NCBI GenBank assembly: GCA_964016885.1
Contig: OZ024748.1
Span: 13,702,001 to 13,766,000 of the forward strand
Length of the DNA stretch: 64,000 nucleotides
Source: Eledone cirrhosa
Lineage: Eukaryota
Reading direction: 5' to 3'
This document shows, piece by piece, positions 60,226 through 64,000 of this stretch. Under the pieces are notes generated by a model, which had not been told where the DNA came from, did no database searches, and was given only the letters and a program-made list of their open reading frames with translations. Numbering within the stretch: position 1 is the first letter of the stretch; each line of letters begins with the position of its first letter. A program made the translations under genes and the position numbers.

Positions 60226-60535
60226 TGTGGATTGGCAGTATCGGTAGAGGGTCGGACGCCATGCTTTCCAGCATAGTTACGTCCCTTTACGATCTGAGTT
60301 CAAATCCCGCCGAGGTTGACTTTGCCTTTCATCCTTACGGGTCGATAAAATAAAGTACCAGTAATGCACTGGGTGATTGCTGGCCTTGTGCCTAAAGTAG
60401 AAACAGTTATTGCCATTTACGGTCTGAGTTCAAATCTCGCCGAGGTTAGCTTTGCCTCTCATCCTTTCGAGGTCGATAAAATAATGTTTTTCCCCTACCT
60501 CAACATTTCTGGCCTTCTGCCTATAGTAGAAATCT
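60226..60535 (+). mobile_element. Full SINE plus tandem truncated copy
   Basis: A/B boxes and central domain; nearly identical to 24216-24400. Confidence 0.9.
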
Positions 60536-60744
60536 TTATTTACCCATTTCCATGCATATGAGTAGAATAGATTATTTATATTTATTGGAGGTAATCACCA
60601 CCTCCCATTTTATTGTTCCTCGGGACATTTAAATATTCCAATTAGAAAGGTCGATGAGGATTCGGTCGTAAAAGAAATGGTGATGTGAGTTACACGAAGA
60701 GTAAAGAAGGTTATATTCAAAATGTATTGTCTGGAGTCTCATAA

Positions 60745-60985
60745 GCGCGGTGCTTATCCCAGTTCCCGTGGCGTGAAGGGACTGCGAGTACAAGACTTCC
60801 CCCTGGATATGACGCCAGTCCAAGGCAGAGTTAAACCTATAGCTATTACTGGTACTCATTTTTATTTGACTTAATCGAAATTACGAGAAATGAAGTGTCT
60901 TGCTCAAGTTCACTAAGCAACATTCGATCAGTGATTCGAACACGCGATTTGATTTTCAATTCAGCACCCTTAACACTAGGGTGCC
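60745..60985 (-). mobile_element. Degenerate tRNA-derived SINE of another family
   Basis: Minus strand ctagtgttaagggtgctg...gtgttcgaatc...cttgagcaagacacttcatttc...aaatgagtaccag. Confidence 0.7.
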
Positions 60986-61314
60986 AACGTTCACAATAAT
61001 TATGTGTATGTGTAATGTTAGGATGTGTGTTTGTGTGTGTGTCTGTGTCTGTGTGTGTGTGTGTGTCCGTTGAGTGTTCAAACCGAACAGCCAACTCGTG
61101 TAACTGACGGGCTATTAAATGAGTAATCCACAGACACGTACATCCTTAACTTACTCTTATGGGCGATTCAGCGTGGTACTGTATGACAAAGGTGACACTT
61201 TGAATCAGAGATACAACTCATTTTTTCCAGCTAAATACCATTCTTAAGGAGCACACACCCCACCAACTCTGAGAATTTAACACATAAAATTATGAATTTG
61301 AGTCCAACTAAACA

Positions 61315-61705
61315 CTAGGTTAGTTCAGGTCAGGTCAGGCATCGGCCTGCTACTTGTACCATGTCACCCAATACAACTTGCTTTATGGTCGAGTGCTCGA
61401 TTACTAAACCGGCTCCCCTACCAAACCCTGGTATGGTAAAGAAGGCATGTGGAACCCCAGCAGTACAAAAAAACAAAAACAATAGCTGTTAACAAAAGGG
61501 GTGAATGAGTCCCTCAGAATCAACGAGTGTCCACAGTGAATATGCGCTAAATTGTCTCACCAAACTGCAATTGGCCAAGCGGGGTGAGTAAGGCCACACC
61601 ATTGATGATTTGACAAAATCGAAAGCAGAAAGCGTTAGAGGTCAAGAACAGAGGAGGGTCCTCCAAGAGGAGTGACAAGGCCCTGGATTGGATTGGATTA
61701 GATTG
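61315..61705 (+). mobile_element. Possible LINE-derived fragment with (GGATT)n tail
   Basis: GC-richer segment ending acaaggccctggattggattggattagattg. Confidence 0.35.
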
Positions 61706-62009
61706 TAACCACTAGGCCACTCACATTCGCAATAATCCTATACGTAGGAATAATTAAACAAATATAGTCTCTGCAATTCTTTAAATCAATTCCTAAAGAA
61801 CTGACGTCACTATCTCAGAAATCATTAACAAAATTAATTTGAAACTGTTACAAAAAGCAATTATTTCAATTATAAAATTATATTCGTCCAATTAATTTTT
61901 CATTGCAGCTTGGACTAATAAAATATATGTGAAATGTAGTGAGTGTTTCATTCAACTACTACACATGCATGCCTCACTGCACATTACTCAGCTTGGGTCA
62001 CTGTTGTAA

Positions 62010-62105
62010 TTAATCATCATCATCATCATCTGCATCATCATTATCGACATATTTGTCATCATCATCGTCGTAATAATCAACATGCTCTTCCTTCTCATCA
62101 TCATT

Positions 62106-62149
<44 letters not shown>

Positions 62150-63055
62150 TATCATTATCAACAATATCGTCATTAAAATCAACATCACCATTATAATCAT
62201 TAGGGTCACCATCACCATCATCGTCATCATTAACATCATAATTGTAACCTTCACCATCATCATCATCATCGTTATAACCATCGACACCATCATCATCATC
62301 ATCATCATTGTCATCATTATAATCACCATCATAATTATAACCATCACCATCATCATCATCATCGTTATAACCATCGACACCATCATCATCATCATTGCCA
62401 TCATTATAATCACCATCATAATTATAACCATCACCATCATCATCGTTATAACCATCGACACCATAATCATCATCATCATTGTCATCATTATAATCACCAT
62501 CATAATTGTAACCATCACCATCATCATCATTAAAATCATCACCATCACCCTCACCATCATCATCATAATTATAACTATCATCACCATCATAATTATAACT
62601 ATCATCACCATCATCATAATTATAATCATCAACATCACCATCATCACCATCATCATAATTATAATCATCAACATCACCATCATCATCATTTTCATCATTA
62701 TAATCATCACCATCACCATCATCATCATTTTCATCATTATAATCATCACCATCATCGTTGGCGTCAGCGTAGTCGTCCTCGTCGTCATAATCATTATTCA
62801 CATCATCATCTTCAACATCATCATCATCTTCAACATCATCATCATCTTCAACATCATCATCATCTCCAGCATCATCATCATTGACATCATACTCATTATC
62901 GACATCGGCCACGTCTTCACCGTCATCGTAACCATCAGCATTACCTCCACGATCACTGTCATCATTATAAATAGTATTACCATAATGATGATGATCATCA
63001 CCATCAATATCATCATCATCTTCATGTGCAGGATGATGTTGATCCTCATCGACTT

Positions 63056-63090
<35 letters not shown>

Positions 63091-63100
63091 CCATCATTAC
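62010..63100. repeat. (CAT)n-derived minisatellite with ~80 bp higher-order units
   Basis: Repeating catcgttataaccatcgacaccat...cattataatcaccatcataatt blocks. Confidence 0.92.
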
Positions 63101-63177
63101 TATCCACATTAATATAATTACTATGCTAATCATTTTCATTTAGCCCTAGTCCGGTTCTTATTTACAAAAATACACCT

Positions 63178-64000
63178 GTGTATATGTGTGCAGTATATAT
63201 GTGTGTGTATGTATATGTGTATATGTGTGTGTATGTATATATGTGTGTGTTGCGTGTATGTTTGTGTGTGTATATGTGTATGTTTGTGTATGTATATGTG
63301 TGTGTATATCTGTGTGTATGTATGTGTGTGCATGTATATGTGTATATGTGTGTGTATGTATATATGTGTGTGTTGCGTGTATATTTGCGTGTGTATATGT
63401 GTATGTTTGTGTATGTATATGTGTGTGTATATATGTGTGTGTATGTATGTGTGTGTATGTGTATGTGTATATGTGTGTGTATGTATATATGTGTGTGTTG
63501 CGTGTATATTTGCGTGTGTATATGTGTATGTTTGTGTATGTATATGTGTGTGTATATATGTGTGTGTATGTATGTGTGTGTATGTGTATGTGTATATGTG
63601 TGTGTATGTATATATATGTGTGCGTTGCGTGTATGTTTGTGTGTGTATGTATATGTGTATATGTGTGTGTATGTATATATGTGTGTGTTGCGTGTATGTT
63701 TGTGTGTGTATATGTGTATGTTTGTGTATGTATATGTGTGTGTATATCTGTGTGTATGTATGTGTGTGTATGTATATATGTGTGTGTTGCGTGTATGTTT
63801 GTGTGTGTATATGTGTATGTTTGTGTATGTATATGTGTGTGTATATCTGTGTGTATGTATGTGTGTGCATGTATATGTGTATATGTGTGTGTATGTATAT
63901 ATGTGTGTGTTGCGTGTATATTTGCGTGTGTATATGTGTATGTTTGTGTATGTATATGTGTGTGTATATATGTGTGTGTATGTATGTGTGTGTATGTGTA
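63178..64000. repeat. TG/TA minisatellite with higher-order repeats
   Basis: Recurrent gtgtgttgcgtgtat...gtatgtttgtgtatg units. Confidence 0.92.

Overview
AT-rich, extremely microsatellite-dense eukaryotic DNA: (TA)n dominates, with (CA)n, (GA)n, (GATA)n, (GAT)n, (GAA)n and (GTT)n tracts. I recognise no host protein-coding gene, and almost all long ORFs in the track are translations of simple repeats. The tRNA-derived SINE family and overall composition look like an octopod cephalopod intron or intergenic region (inference). Between the microsatellites lie many SINE copies, decayed non-LTR retrotransposons (RTE, R4/Dong-like, L1/Tx1-like) and four Penelope-like element (PLE) fragments with GIY-YIG endonuclease remnants. 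The most striking signal, read by eye, is about a dozen minimal type I hammerhead ribozyme (HHR) motifs in at least five sequence families. Some lie in PLE pseudo-LTRs. Others lie in tiny non-coding fold-back palindromes embedded in (TA)n, with two HHR cores back to back on opposite strands. One family carries a recurrent non-canonical core (CAGAAGA). A separate class of inverted duplications is centred on (TA)n tracts. All structures were assigned manually; no folding or database search was run.
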